A stretch of DNA of 64,000 nucleotides, from assembly GCA_965240325.2 (NCBI GenBank), contig OZ251223.1, forward strand, positions 3,100,001-3,164,000, in the 5' to 3' direction. The DNA is from Rebecca billardiae RCC1528. Taxonomy: Eukaryota > Protista > Haptophyta. Under the pieces are notes generated by a model. It did not search any database. It saw only the letters and a program-made list of their open reading frames with translations, and was not told the origin of the DNA. Position 1 is the first letter of the stretch. Each line of letters begins with the position of its first letter. Below are positions 1-11,189 of this stretch, in pieces. A program made the position numbers and the translations under genes.

Positions 1-416
1 GGCGTCTGCACATTGACCCAGCTGTCTGGCACGTCAGAAGAGACGGTGCCATCCTGCTCCCACTCGATCGTGTAGGTCCGCTCGCAGAGGTGCACGCCAC
101 GCACCCGCCCGGCCCACTTTGGGGTAGGACTCAACTGCGGTGGCCAGCCTGCCATGACCGGCGTGCCGACGGGGAGGGCGTCAAAGTATGGGCACACGAG
201 CACCATCGGCACGTCTCGCACCACCGTGCCGTCACCCAGCCGCACCGAGTAGGTGAGCGCGTTGTCGTCGCGCGAGGACACCCAGCCCTCAGAGACCCCG
301 CCATCGTCCTGTCGGACGAGCACGTGCTGTGATGAACCCGCCCAGGCTGAAGCCGGCGGAGGCGGTGACGTCGACACCGCCACAGCGAGCAGCAGCCCGG
401 TGATCGTCGCCATCAT
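1..416 (-). CDS. Secreted protein, 5' part (runs off the window), with two Tudor/SH3-like beta repeats
   Basis: Manual translation from ATG 416 gives MMATITGLLLAVAVSTSPPPASAW (signal peptide). The frame stays open to position 1 and contains the repeated motifs TYSVRLGDGTVVRDVP and TYTIEWEQDGTVSSDVP. It is missing from the ORF track because it has no stop in the window. Confidence 0.6.
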   Translation of the reverse strand, partial: MMATITGLLLAVAVSTSPPPPASAWAGSSQHVLVRQDDGGVSEGWVSSRDDNALTYSVRLGDGTVVRDVPMVLVCPYFDALPVGTPVMAGWPPQLSPTPKWAGRVRGVHLCERTYTIEWEQDGTVSSDVPDSWVNVQT

Positions 417-465
417 TGTGGGCTCACAATTGACGAACAGGCAGGGCTCGAGAGGGCCGAGGCCC

Positions 466-3089
466 GGGGAACTTACAGTCAGACCGTCTGAATCGGCCCC
501 CTCGCTCAGACCGGTCTGAGCGAGGGCCCGATTCAGACGGTTTTTGTTTCCGCCCCACTGGCGAGCGCGCTGCGGGACGCACCGCGCTGGGGGCGGTGCA
601 CACTGCACTCACGGCGCGCCGCGATGTGTTCGGGCGGTGGATGGGGCTGAATCGGCCGAGAGTGACGGTGCGATCGGCCGCGATGCGTCTGCCATCACCC
701 AGTGATCTCGTGCGGTGCCAGCTCGCCCTTCGCTTCGTCGCCACTCGCACTCGCACCAGTCGCGCGCGTTCATGGCTTGCCGTTCGCGCGCTGTGTTCTC
801 GCGCAGTGTGTGCTTGGCAGCAGGGTGCTCGTGGCCGGTGGTTGCCGTCGCGGAGGATCGGAATGTGCGCAGCTACGCTACATCCCAGACGCCATGTGCC
901 CGTCCTCGTCGAGCGTTGGAGAGACACGCGTGTCGCGCATGCGCTCGCGGAAGCAGGCTGCACAGCGGCGCGCGGGCCTGGCTGCGCGCGCATGACAAGG
1001 TGCACCACACAGCTGCCCCCGCCATGAGCACCAGCTGTGTACGCACCTCTTTTGTGTTGTCTGATCCGCCAGGCCGCCACGGCGCAGAGACTGCGTGCGT
1101 GAGACACCGACAGTCAGCGGCCACGGCGCACACAGGTCACTGGCACATGCCAATATGCCATGGCGTGCAGCAGCTGATGCAGCCGTTGCTGCAGCTTCGA
1201 TTGATGAAACAGCAGCAGCGCCGGTGGCAGTCACCCCAATCGCTGCCACTGGCACACCCGTACTCGCCAACAGCACTCGCAGCCCTTGCACCTCCGGCAG
1301 CTGTGGCACGATGCTCGGCTGAGCGGCGGCAATAGGCACTGTCGTCCGAGCAGCCGCGCGCGCGCTCCTTCGCGGGCGCGCTGTCGCGGGAGTGCTGCTC
1401 CAAGGACCAGCAGCTGGTGCAGATGTTGCGGCTGAGACAGCAACTGCTGTTGCTCGTGTTGGTAGCCTCAACGCAGCCGTACTAGCGTTATGAGGGGAGA
1501 TGACTTGTGGAATGGGAATTGCTGCAGCCACTTTTTATTCCGCCATTTATTTTTATTAAAAGCAGCTTGCAGTTGCAGCAGAGTCAGAGACTTAGCGTGT
1601 CAGAAGCTGTCCCGCAGGGCTCAACTCGTCACGTACAGCGTCGGCGCTCGGAGCCTCGGGAGTTTGCACCAACCGGGCGTGGTGGGCGTGTCCCGCGCGG
1701 CGCGCAGCGCAGCGCTGTACGTGGGCGAGACAGCCGCGTCCGCGTCTCGCACTTCGGCGGCGGTGCCGAGGGCGGAGGCCGCCCGCCGCGTGCCTGACGG
1801 CAGCGCCTCAAGCAGCGCAGTCCCATGCGCATGCAGACGGGTGCGACGGCAATGGCGGTGGGTTTCGCAACGTGCACAGCGTCAGAAGCTCGGCACCTGA
1901 TCCGCCCAGCTGCAGCAATAGCACCATCGGTCTGGCGCCTGGCGCTCAGTGGGCGGCGTGTCGGGCGGATGCAGATGCACTTGCCGTCTGAATCAGGACG
2001 CCGGGCATGCGTGCCGAAGCAGTTCGCCCCAGCGCGCGCACTCGCAGAGTGAGAACGGCCGCCCTGCCGGCCGGAGGCCAATGCACTCGCCTGGCGGCTG
2101 CCGGCGCACGGTAGACCAGGTCAAACGTAAGCACCCGAAACCACCACCACCACGGCGGTGGTGACCGAGAGCACGACCACGGGCGGTGGCGCAGCCGATG
2201 TCGCGAGCGTGAGCGCAAGCGTGGCCGTGAGCAAGGCGAGCAGCGTGAGCGATGCGCGGAGCGATCGCGCCCGCCCTTCCGACGAGGAGAGGGCTTTATT
2301 GCGCAAGAGGTCCCCAGCGGTAGGTGGCAGCGATGTCGCGACATCGCTGAGCGCACCGACGTTGCCAGCCGGTCGACGTGGCCAGAGAAAGCTGTGAGCC
2401 GGATTGTTGCCGCAAGCAACCGTGTCAGCTGTGGCCGCTGACTGTCGGTGTCTCACGCACGCAGTCTCTGCGCCATGGCGGCCTGGCGGATCAGACAACA
2501 CGAAAGAGGTGCGTACACAGCTGGTGCTCATGGCGGGGGCAGCTGTGTGGTGCACCTTGTCATGCGCGCGCAGCCAGGCCCGCGCGCCGCTGTGCAGCCT
2601 GCTTCCGCGAGCGCATGCGCGACACGCGTGTCTCTCCAACGCTCGACGAGGACAGGCACATGGCGTCTGGGATGTAGCGTAGCTGCGCACATTCCGATCC
2701 TCCGCGACGGCAACCACCGGCCACGAGCACCCTGCTGCCAAGCACACACTGCGCGAGAACACAGCGCGCGAACGGCAAGCCATGAACGCGCGCGACTGGT
2801 GCGAGTGCGAGTGGCGACGAAGCGAAGGGCGAGCTGGCACCGCACGAGATCACTGGGTGATGGCAGACGCATCGCGGCCGATCGCACCGTCACTCTCGGC
2901 CGATTCAGCCCCATCCACCGCCCGAACACATCGCGGCGCGCCGTGAGTGCAGTGTGCACCGCCCCCAGCGCGGTGCGTCCCGCAGCGCGCTCGCCAGTGG
3001 GGCGGGCCCAAAAACCGTCTGAATCGGGCCCTCGCTCAGACCGGTCTGAGCGAGGGGGCCGATTCAGACGGTCTGACTGTAAGTTCCCC
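466..3089. mobile_element. Non-autonomous long-TIR DNA transposon (MULE/foldback-like)
   Basis: About 660-bp near-identical inverted arms (466-1124 and 2431-3089) with ends GGGGAACTTACAG / CTGTAAGTTCCCC. An 11-bp direct repeat GGCCGAGGCCC flanks it at 455-465 and 3090-3100. No transposase is recognisable in the 1.3-kb interior. Confidence 0.85.
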
Positions 3090-3172
3090 GGCCGAGGCCC
3101 GACCGCGAGGCCGCGGAAAGCCGATCCGCGACACACTGTTGCGGTCAGTAAGTACACTACATGTCCTACTAC

Positions 3173-3230
3173 TACAGTTTACTAAGAATAAAGAGACGCA
3201 CACAGCTCAGGCAGGCGAGATTGACGCCCG
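3173..3230 (+). repeat. Dispersed ~58-bp repeat (end of a Tc1/mariner-like MITE family), reference copy
   Basis: TACAGTTTACTAAGAATAAAGAGACGCACACAGCTCAGGCAGGCGAGATTGACGCCCG. Related copies lie at ~3294-3320, 3466-3492, 14613-14630 plus 16984-17030, 17345-17405, 50560-50623 and 60821-60897. Confidence 0.75.
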
Positions 3231-4362
3231 CCAACTGTCACCGCCCATGAAGCCGTCGCCGATGGTAGCGCCGCCGGAAAAATTCGTTCAGCCGTTTACT
3301 CATCAGAATAAAGAGACGCGGTGCCAAGACAATAATAGGTGTCTCGGTCAGTGGTTTGAGGTTGGGTGAGGGCGGTGGTTGGTTCGGGGGGCTGGCCAGG
3401 GTAGGGCTGGAGGCTTCGGCCGCCAGCCTGATCACCCGGAGCCCGTTATAAAGGGGAATTTATTACACACAGCTCAGGCAGGCGAGATTGACAGTAGTAT
3501 CATAGTTACGAAAGGTAGGTATGCTCACTGTGGCAGGTTGCCGCGCCATCCTTCAACTTCAAGTTCATCGCACCCTCTCCACAGTGGTCGTACTGCATGT
3601 ACCGTAACTAGCTACATCAGACAACAACTATATATACACTCACCGGAACCCGGACTTAATGGCGACTACTCATAGTTACTGCTGCCTGATTCACGTCTCA
3701 TTCCTGAGTGCGGCCGACGTAAGACATCACTGAAGTCACGGTAGAAGCCAGGTTACTGGTGAGCACTACCTAGCTTCTAACTGACTAAGTTCCGCGCGGA
3801 CGTCGGACGAATTAGAGTCCGCAGGGACTGAGAATTTGTCGTGCCGTGACCGTCATTATCACGTGTCGTCACGTCTGCCCAATGACAGGCGTGATCACGT
3901 GACATGGCACGTGACAAGTCCGGCCCACTGTCAGGGGGTCAGGGGCCAAGGGGGTCTCCCTGCCCGGGGCCTCGCCGGCCTGCTGAGGCGAAGCAGTAAA
4001 CTTTGGGGGCCTCTTTAGAGCCATCAAGATCAACTAACGAAGATCTCACTAATAAGAAGTCAGTCCGGGTCGGCACATATCGACTAGAGTTACCGGACTG
4101 TCACGTGACGGAGCCATTGCAGTGCCCGTGACGTGTCACTGTCACGTGACGTCTCACGTCACGTAGTGACGCGGTCGTCACGTGATAAGTCGTGATCAGC
4201 ACGCCGTGTAACACCGCGTGTATAATCATCACGGCTCATCACGACTACGAGTCACGTGCCGATCACACATCAGAACGCGCCATTACGCCTGATCCCAGCC
4301 CTTAGATGCTCGTCACTCTCAGCTGCGCTGACGAATTTATTATACGCGACTATTAATTTAGC

Positions 4363-6209
4363 TTATGGCGCACGGCCCCCCCCCCGAAAGGTCTGAGCGT
4401 GAGCGAAAGCCGGGGGGGGGGGGGCGGCGCACGTGCTCCGCAAAATCAAAAAGAGGATGCGCGCAGGATTTTGGGGATTTTTCGGTAGGTGGCCACCGCG
4501 TATGAGTGGATATCGCTGCCGCAATGATTGCGTTTGTAGTAGATGCTAATTTTAACGATAGTAACACTTAGGGGAATGCAGGGTGGAATAGCACATAACA
4601 CCAGCCGTGTGTTAGATCATTCCGTCATAGTAAGATGCCTGAATTGTAAGAGCCTGAAACAGCTCGCCAACCATAGAAACGATAGGTTGGGTCGTCAGCT
4701 TTGATTCACGCGCTTCTGAAAAACAGCGTTTTAGATTAGACGCATCCCTCTTCTCTTAAGAGAACTGCGCTTCAAAAACACCGTTTCAACGAAAGACGAT
4801 CGCCCGCCATTCAACTGAAACGAGATTCTGCATAAAGCGAACCAAAGATGTTATTGCGCGGGTAGTCCGAACCGACGTTCCCGCGCGCTCTCATATCATA
4901 CAGCTATCGAGCTACTGACTTGCTCATGCGGGTGGGATTCGACATCTCTATCTGCGAGGATTAACAGCTCTCTGAAAACGATTGTGTCCTGGACAACTTG
5001 AAAGGGCAGCGATCGGCTTTGATTCTGCCTATTGTAGGGAAAGTTTTATGGTACGAGTTAACGAACCGTCACTTCTGGGCTCTGGTCGCGAACAGTCGCC
5101 AACTGCCGGCACTACGTGCGCGATCGCGTGGGGCGATCGCGTGGGGCGCGACGCGGCGTGCAGCGGAAGCGCCCGAAGCGGAGGCGTCGGGGGCGGCGGC
5201 TGAAGGGAGCGAGGGCGGTGGTGGCGGCACCGAGGACGAGGGAGGCGCGCCGAACGGCATGTCCGTCCTCACCCTCGCCATCGGCGGCCGCCCGCGCGTC
5301 ACCGCCGCCGGCTCTCAGCCGACGACAACGCCCGCGAGTGCCGCCCACGGCGCGCGGCGGGCGCGTCACGGCAGGCGGCGGGGGCGGCGACTGCAGGGAG
5401 CGAGGGCGATGGTGGCGGCGCAGTCGAGGGAGGTGCGCCATCCGGACAGCGCGGCGGCGCGGCGCGCGGCCGAGCGCGGGAGCCTGGGCGGCGGCGGGCG
5501 CGCGGCGGGGCATGTGCTCAGTGCTGCCCGAGAGGCTGGCGCACTCGCCCAGCGCCGCCGCGCACACCGCCGCCGACCTCGCGCGCACGACCTCCGTCAA
5601 CTCCTCCGTCAGCGGCGGAGAGCGCGTCGCCTCGCCGCCCACGCTGCCGCCCAGCCGGTTCGTCATCCGAGCGCTCGCCGGGCGCGCGCGGCGTGACGCG
5701 CCGGGCCGCGGTCGCCGCCTACTAACTAAGTGGTGGGACCGCCGCTGGGGGGCGGGGCGGGCGGAGGAGATGGCGGTGGCGAAGGAGGACGCGGTGGTGG
5801 ACGTGGACGTCACGCAGTCCGGGCTGCACTGGCTCATCCACCTCCTCTCTGCACTCGACCCACCGCCGTCACCGACGGCGCAGCAGCTGGCGGCGGCGCG
5901 GCCGAGGCGGGCGCGCGCCGCGCGCGCCGCTGCGGCGGCGTGGAGCGGCGGGAGCTGAGCGGCGCGCTGCTGCACACGCAGTCACGCTGCGCACGTGCTG
6001 CAGACGCTGTACGAGCGCGCCACCGCCGACGCCGCTGCAGACGCTGTACGACTACGAGCGCGCCACCGCCGACGCCGTCGCGCCGCCGCTGCCCCCGCCG
6101 CACCGGCACCGTCCGACCGTCCGACCGTGTCGTCACAAGCCGCGGCTGCTGCTCACATTCACAAGCTCACTAGCTGCGTGATGGTGACTAGCCACTAGGG
6201 CCGTGCGCC
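4363..6209. mobile_element. Degraded DNA transposon relic, possibly hAT
   Basis: GGCGCACGGCCC at 4367 with its inverse at 6198-6209. The first ~90 bp recur at 6378-6468. The interior frame reads WW...LA...TSVNS(SVSGG)ERVAS, resembling the hAT dimerisation motif TSxxSERxFS, and has internal duplications. Confidence 0.35.
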
Positions 6210-6275
6210 CTCAACTTCGTTGTTCACTACCCGAAGATCGGCGTAGCCGATCATAATATACACCGTAATATAGCT

Positions 6276-6316
6276 AGAGAGAGAGAGAGACTAGAGAGAG
6301 AGAGAGAGAGAGAGAG
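6276..6316. repeat. (GA)n microsatellite
   Basis: Interrupted GA dinucleotide run. Confidence 0.9.
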
Positions 6317-6691
6317 TAGACTATGATATACCGGGACCGATATCGCCCGCGGCCGCAGTGTCAGCCAGTATATATTATTATGGCGCACGGCCCCCCCGAA
6401 AGGTCTGAGCTGTGAGCGAAAGCCGGGGGGGGGGCGGGCGGCGCACGTGCTCCGCAAAATCAAAAAAGATAATGGCGGCGGGGCGCGCGTGATATGCTGC
6501 TGGTGCTGGGGATTTTGTACTTTTAGCAGGGCGGGGAAGCTGCTCATGAATGACTACATATTCAACCCCCCGCGGCCCGATAGGCATAATGACGGACGGC
6601 TTGTTTTATACTATTCAATCAGTAGGCAGCAGCCCAATTAAGACGGTAACTCAGCCAGCAATACGCATCCGGCTGGATGAAGTGAATCCAG

Positions 6692-9600
6692 TCAGACACC
6701 TCCGCTGCGATGAAGGCGACCAGCAAGTGCTGACGAACCTCGTCGACGATCTCCGCGTCGTGGGAAGGAGGTGGACGACGGCCCTTCCGACGCCGAGTCG
6801 TCGTCGTGAAGGCCACCGATGAACGCGTCTGCCGACCCCTGGGCGCCGCTCAAAGGTGGCGAGCCGTAGACGGGGGTGAGGGCCGCGCCAGGTCTCAGGA
6901 TGGGCTCGTCCGACACGTCCGTCGAATCCTCGAGCCGCGTACGGCGGTAAGCCATCGGGGTGCGCAGACGCGCGAACATGGGTGACGCATAGCTGCTCGC
7001 GCCGTCCGAGTCGCGATCCGTTTGGCTGTTGCGCGCGGGCTGTCCTCCTCGGTCGCCGTCGCGGAACAGCAGGTTGATGTGATCGAGCACGGGCATGTGC
7101 GAGCGCGCACGGCTGCGAGTGCGCTGGGTGGCCGGCCCCCAGTGAGCGTTGGGCCAGCTGCCATCGCGCAGCTCTGCCTCGTTCCACGTGACGGCGCGGT
7201 GCCGCGAGCGGCGCGCCGGCTCCGGCTCAAAGCCAGCGAGCGCGCCGACGAGCGGCAAACTCTCGTGCGACCCTCCGTACGAAGGGCGGATTGAGCATCG
7301 TGGGCCGCTGGAAGGCGTGTTGCCCGCCGAGTTCGCCGACGGCCCATCGCGGCGCCTTGCCGCCGGCGATGCCGCCGGCGGCGAGAAGCTGGGCGTGCGC
7401 CCGGGCGGGGGGCTGGTCCCTACGGACGATGGCTTCGAGCACGTGATGGGCACGGGGTCGGGTCCGTCGCCGACCTCGGGCGCCTCGCCGATCGCGGTGA
7501 GCCCCAAATCGGACGCGAAGTCCACGTGCGGCAGCGGGGAGTCCGCCGGGGGAGCGGCCTCCTCCGCGCTGCCCGCCAAGCCGACCTGCGGCGCGAGCCG
7601 ATTGCTGCCGCCTGGCGTCCGGCTGCCGCGAGACAGCCGGGAGCCAGACTCTCCGCGCACGTAGCGGCGCGCAGCGGGCGTCGCGCTCGGCCACGAGAAG
7701 GCTGCCAGTGCGGTCCGGAGCGCGCCGCGCACCGCCGAGTTGAAGCGCTCGAATGCGTCGTCGCCGTCGTTCGCACACTGGCACGGGCCGCTGCAGCGGC
7801 ACAGCTCGACGCTCGAGCTGCGCGAGTGGCCGCCGCCCGACCCGTTGGGCGGGCGCGGCACCGGTTGGTCGTGCTCGCCGCCCACGTCGACGTCGAGCGG
7901 CGGCGGGGCGAAGGCCGAGCGGCCCGGGCGCAGCTTCGACGGCGTGATGGGCGGCGGCGACGGTGCGGGAAGCGCGGCGGCGGCTGCGAGCGCGCTCGCG
8001 GAGATGTTGCTCATGGACCTGGGGCCCAGCCCCCACGGCGCAGGCGGCAGGGTGGCGCTCGGCGCGGCCCCAGGGCCCTCCGGCGGCGGGGTGAGCGGCT
8101 GCGGCGTCGCAAACGCGGACTTCATGGGCCGCCGCTTGGACGGCGACTGAGACGACATGCCCCCCGTGCTCGGGCTGCTCGAGCTGAAGAGAGACGGGTC
8201 GGTGACCGAGCTCGCCGAGAGCGGCGGCGACGAGTGGCGCTGCATGACCGCGCTCGAGCCGAACTTCTCGCGGATGAGCTGGAAGATCATCTGCTTGTCC
8301 GACTGGAACGTGGCCTGCGCCGTGCGCGCGTCGAAGGACTGCAGCGCGGCCTCGACCGATCTGCGGTCCTGCATCAGCGCCTTCACGAACGAGCCGCGCT
8401 CCTCGGGCGCCATCGTCAGGTGGAAGATCACGCCCGCGTTGGTCGCGCAGTGCACCGCCTCGTACAGGCTGGTGCGCGCGCGCGCGGACGGCCGCGCCGG
8501 AGGCGGGGCGGGGAGGCGTGCGTGAGGCGTCGCGGTCGCGCGGGCGCGCCGCGGCGGTGCGCGACGGTGGCGCGCGCACCACCACACGCGGCTGAGGCAG
8601 ACGGGCTTGTCCCACGGGTCGAGCACCATGACGACGTGGCCGATGCGGGCGATCACGGCGCCGATGTGGTGCACCTGCTCCTGCACCGCGTGCTGCCGGA
8701 TGCAGAGGGCGTCGATCCACTGCGCGGCGCGCGGGAGGGACGGAGGGGGGGGCAGCACACGCGCGTGAGCGCCGGCGCGCCGGCGCGGCGCGCCCTCGGA
8801 GCAGCAGCGGGGGCCGCGATGGCGCACCAGGTAGGCGGCCTGCGCGTCGAGGCCGTGCAGCTCGAGGTACGCGTCCACGGCGTCGAGCAGCTTGAGAAAG
8901 GAGCACGACTGGGCATGGCACACGAAGAGGCTCGCGCCCGCGACCGCGGGCCGACCGTCCTCCGTCGTCTCGTCCTTCCGCAGCTCCGCGAGCGACAGTC
9001 CCGACTCGCGCGTGAGCGCGTGCAGCTTCTCGCTCAGCACGCGCGTCGGGTCGTCGCGCTCGATCCCGAGCTCGGCGCACAGCTCGCGCAAAAACCTGGG
9101 GCTCACGCCGAGCAGCAGGTGGCGCTGCAGGTTGCTGCCGCGCTCGGACATGCTGAGCACGGCCGCGGCCGACGGCGTGACCGATGCGGCGCGCTTCAGC
9201 CTCGCGGACATGCTCACCGTCGACTTGGACGTGCGCCGCAGCATGTCGTACAGCCGGCGCAGCGGCCCGCGCGCCGGCTCGACGCCGAGCGGCTTGAACG
9301 CCGCGACCAGCACGTACGAGAGGGCGGTGCTCGCGGCGGTGTGCGCCGACGAGAGCGCGAGCGCGCGCCACGGGTTGGCGTGGCACAGGGTGCGCCACAG
9401 CACGAGCGCGAGGATCTCCACCGTGGACCACGCGATGGCGAACCTCATGCTGCGCGAGATGCGCGTCGCGAGCGGCAGCGGCAGCGCCGCGAGCGCGTCG
9501 GTGGCGCTGCGGCGCACCGCAAGGCCGGCGAGGAGCGTCGCGACGAGCCGCAAGAGCGACCACACGAACCACACCGAGGTGACGACGCGCTCGCCCGTCC

Positions 9601-10645
9601 AGAGCAGCGCGCCCGCCATCGCCATGTCGCCGAGCGACGAGATGGCGACCGCGCTCGTGAGCCGCCGCTTGTGCGGCGCATCGCTCGGCGTCGCAAAGCC
9701 GCCGCTCCGCGTGCGATCGCCCAGCCCCTCGTGGAAGGCGATGAAGAGGGCGAACGAGAAGGCGGACGCGGGCAGGTCGAAGCCGCTGATGACCACCGTC
9801 GCCTCGACGGGGAGCGAGCGGAGCACGCCCGGGTCGACGATCAGGTACAGCGCGCGCAGCGTGTTGAGCACGAGCTCGAGCGCGAGCAGCCACTGCGCGG
9901 TCGTCCAGCGGAAGCCGCCGTCCGCCCTGAGGATGGCGTACAGGCGGCAGCCTGCGAGCTCGAGCACGGCGGCGACGCTGAAGAGCAGAAGGCCGTGGAC
10001 CAGCCACACCCAGACGGACGTGCGCATGCGTGTCCACGCGGACACGTCGGGGGACAGCCGGGCGCGCAAGGGGGCGTGGCCGAGGGCGCGCGCGGCCGGG
10101 TCGAGCTCGCCGAGCAGCGCGCGCGTCGCCGGCCCGTCCTCCAGGACAATGTCCGCGGCCAGGAGCGGCTGCGCCGGGGAGCGCGCGTCGCCCACGTGCC
10201 AGGCGTGCATCAGCTGGCCAGGCTCGGCGTCGAGCGCCGCGTCGAGGACCTCGTATCGCACGAGTGCCATGCCGCCGAGCGTGTCGCGCACGTACGTCGA
10301 CTGGCGCTCAAAGGAGCAGCGCAGCCCGTTGAACGCGTCGATGGGAGTGAGCACGAGCGCGCCGCGCATGGAGGCCGGGCGTGGTCCTGTGTACGCCCGC
10401 GGGCAGCCCGCGCCCGCCCACTCATCCATGCGCACGTGCGCGAGATGGCCTTCGGCGGCGAAGCGCCGAGGCGCAAAATCTGGTCGCGCAGCCGCGAGGT
10501 CGAGGTCCGCCACCAGCGGCGGCCCCGAGGTCAGCACGAGCCCAGCGTGCGCACGCGGGAGCTGGGCAATCGAGAGCATCGCCAGCACCACCGCGCACGC
10601 CGCCGCGCGCGGCTCGCCGCGGCGCCCGCAGGCGGCGCTCCTCAT
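6692..10645 (-). CDS. Predicted receptor: signal peptide + PA-like ectodomain + 7TM + cytosolic HET/TIR-like domain (paralog 1)
   Basis: Signal peptide ...AVVLAMLSIAQLPRAHA; PA-like segment GCP...GALVL...CSFERQ...LGGMALV; seven hydrophobic helices. After removing in-frame introns 8720-8827 and 8469-8579 the C-terminal domain reads FVCHAQ...YLWIDALCIRQH...HVVMVLDPWDKPVCLSRVWCLYE, followed by a long Ser/Pro-rich tail. Start codon and 3' end are uncertain. Confidence 0.75.
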   Translation of the reverse strand: MRSAACGRRGEPRAAACAVVLAMLSIAQLPRAHAGLVLTSGPPLVADLDLAAARPDFAPRRFAAEGHLAHVRMDEWAGAGCPRAYTGPRPASMRGALVLTPIDAFNGLRCSFERQSTYVRDTLGGMALVRYEVLDAALDAEPGQLMHAWHVGDARSPAQPLLAADIVLEDGPATRALLGELDPAARALGHAPLRARLSPDVSAWTRMRTSVWVWLVHGLLLFSVAAVLELAGCRLYAILRADGGFRWTTAQWLLALELVLNTLRALYLIVDPGVLRSLPVEATVVISGFDLPASAFSFALFIAFHEGLGDRTRSGGFATPSDAPHKRRLTSAVAISSLGDMAMAGALLWTGERVVTSVWFVWSLLRLVATLLAGLAVRRSATDALAALPLPLATRISRSMRFAIAWSTVEILALVLWRTLCHANPWRALALSSAHTAASTALSYVLVAAFKPLGVEPARGPLRRLYDMLRRTSKSTVSMSARLKRAASVTPSAAAVLSMSERGSNLQRHLLLGVSPRFLRELCAELGIERDDPTRVLSEKLHALTRESGLSLAELRKDETTEDGRPAVAGASLFVCHAQSCSFLKLLDAVDAYLELHGLDAQAAYLVRHRGPRCCSEGAPRRRAGAHARVLPPPPSLPRAAQWIDALCIRQHAVQEQVHHIGAVIARIGHVVMVLDPWDKPVCLSRVWWCARHRRAPPRRARATATPHARLPAPPPARPSARARTSLYEAVHCATNAGVIFHLTMAPEERGSFVKALMQDRRSVEAALQSFDARTAQATFQSDKQMIFQLIREKFGSSAVMQRHSSPPLSASSVTDPSLFSSSSPSTGGMSSQSPSKRRPMKSAFATPQPLTPPPEGPGAAPSATLPPAPWGLGPRSMSNISASALAAAAALPAPSPPPITPSKLRPGRSAFAPPPLDVDVGGEHDQPVPRPPNGSGGGHSRSSSVELCRCSGPCQCANDGDDAFERFNSAVRGALRTALAAFSWPSATPAARRYVRGESGSRLSRGSRTPGGSNRLAPQVGLAGSAEEAAPPADSPLPHVDFASDLGLTAIGEAPEVGDGPDPVPITCSKPSSVGTSPPPGRTPSFSPPAASPAARRRDGPSANSAGNTPSSGPRCSIRPSYGGSHESLPLVGALAGFEPEPARRSRHRAVTWNEAELRDGSWPNAHWGPATQRTRSRARSHMPVLDHINLLFRDGDRGGQPARNSQTDRDSDGASSYASPMFARLRTPMAYRRTRLEDSTDVSDEPILRPGAALTPVYGSPPLSGAQGSADAFIGGLHDDDSASEGPSSTSFPRRGDRRRGSSALAGRLHRSGGV

Positions 10646-11189
10646 GGTCCGCCCAATGGGCTGCCACGCTCGACAGTGGGCTGACAGCATGCTGCCGCCC
10701 GCCACCGTGGTCACCAGTGAGCAAGTGCGCACACGCGGGCGTCGAGAATTCGCGGTTTCCAGCGATCGGTGGCTCCGCACGGTTCATGAGCTGCATGAGC
10801 GACCACGCGGTCGCAACTTGAGGGGGTCCCCGCTCTGGACACTAGCTACCACTGGACAGATGCACGCCTATCATTGAGCAGTTTATAAAAAGTTTCGTCG
10901 AGTGAGCGCGCCAGCTCCGTCAACCACAAACATGATATGACGTGAGAATTGAGAACCCGCGCGGTGCCAGGTTAAGTCACCCGCGTACCTCGCGGGGGTA
11001 CACATATATCAAGTGAACTGCCCAGAGTATTCATATCGGTTAACTCTATGCACTCTCAAATCTCAATCCACTCATCAATCAGGGGCGTTCCCCGCACTGG
11101 TCATACGCCAAATCGAACCGCGTTCCTATTGAAATTGGCTTCCTCTATTTAAAGCGGGTACATTTGATTACGGCCCGCGCCAGTCCGGT

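Noticed and set aside
424-3185. Duplicated ORFs on opposite strands (e.g. 424-1107 and 2448-3185)
   Set aside because: A by-product of the long TIRs; the composition is not protein-like.
4380-4420. Hammerhead-ribozyme-like CTGA...TGA..GAAA string
   Set aside because: Neither copy has the CUGANGA core or a proper stem II/III arrangement.
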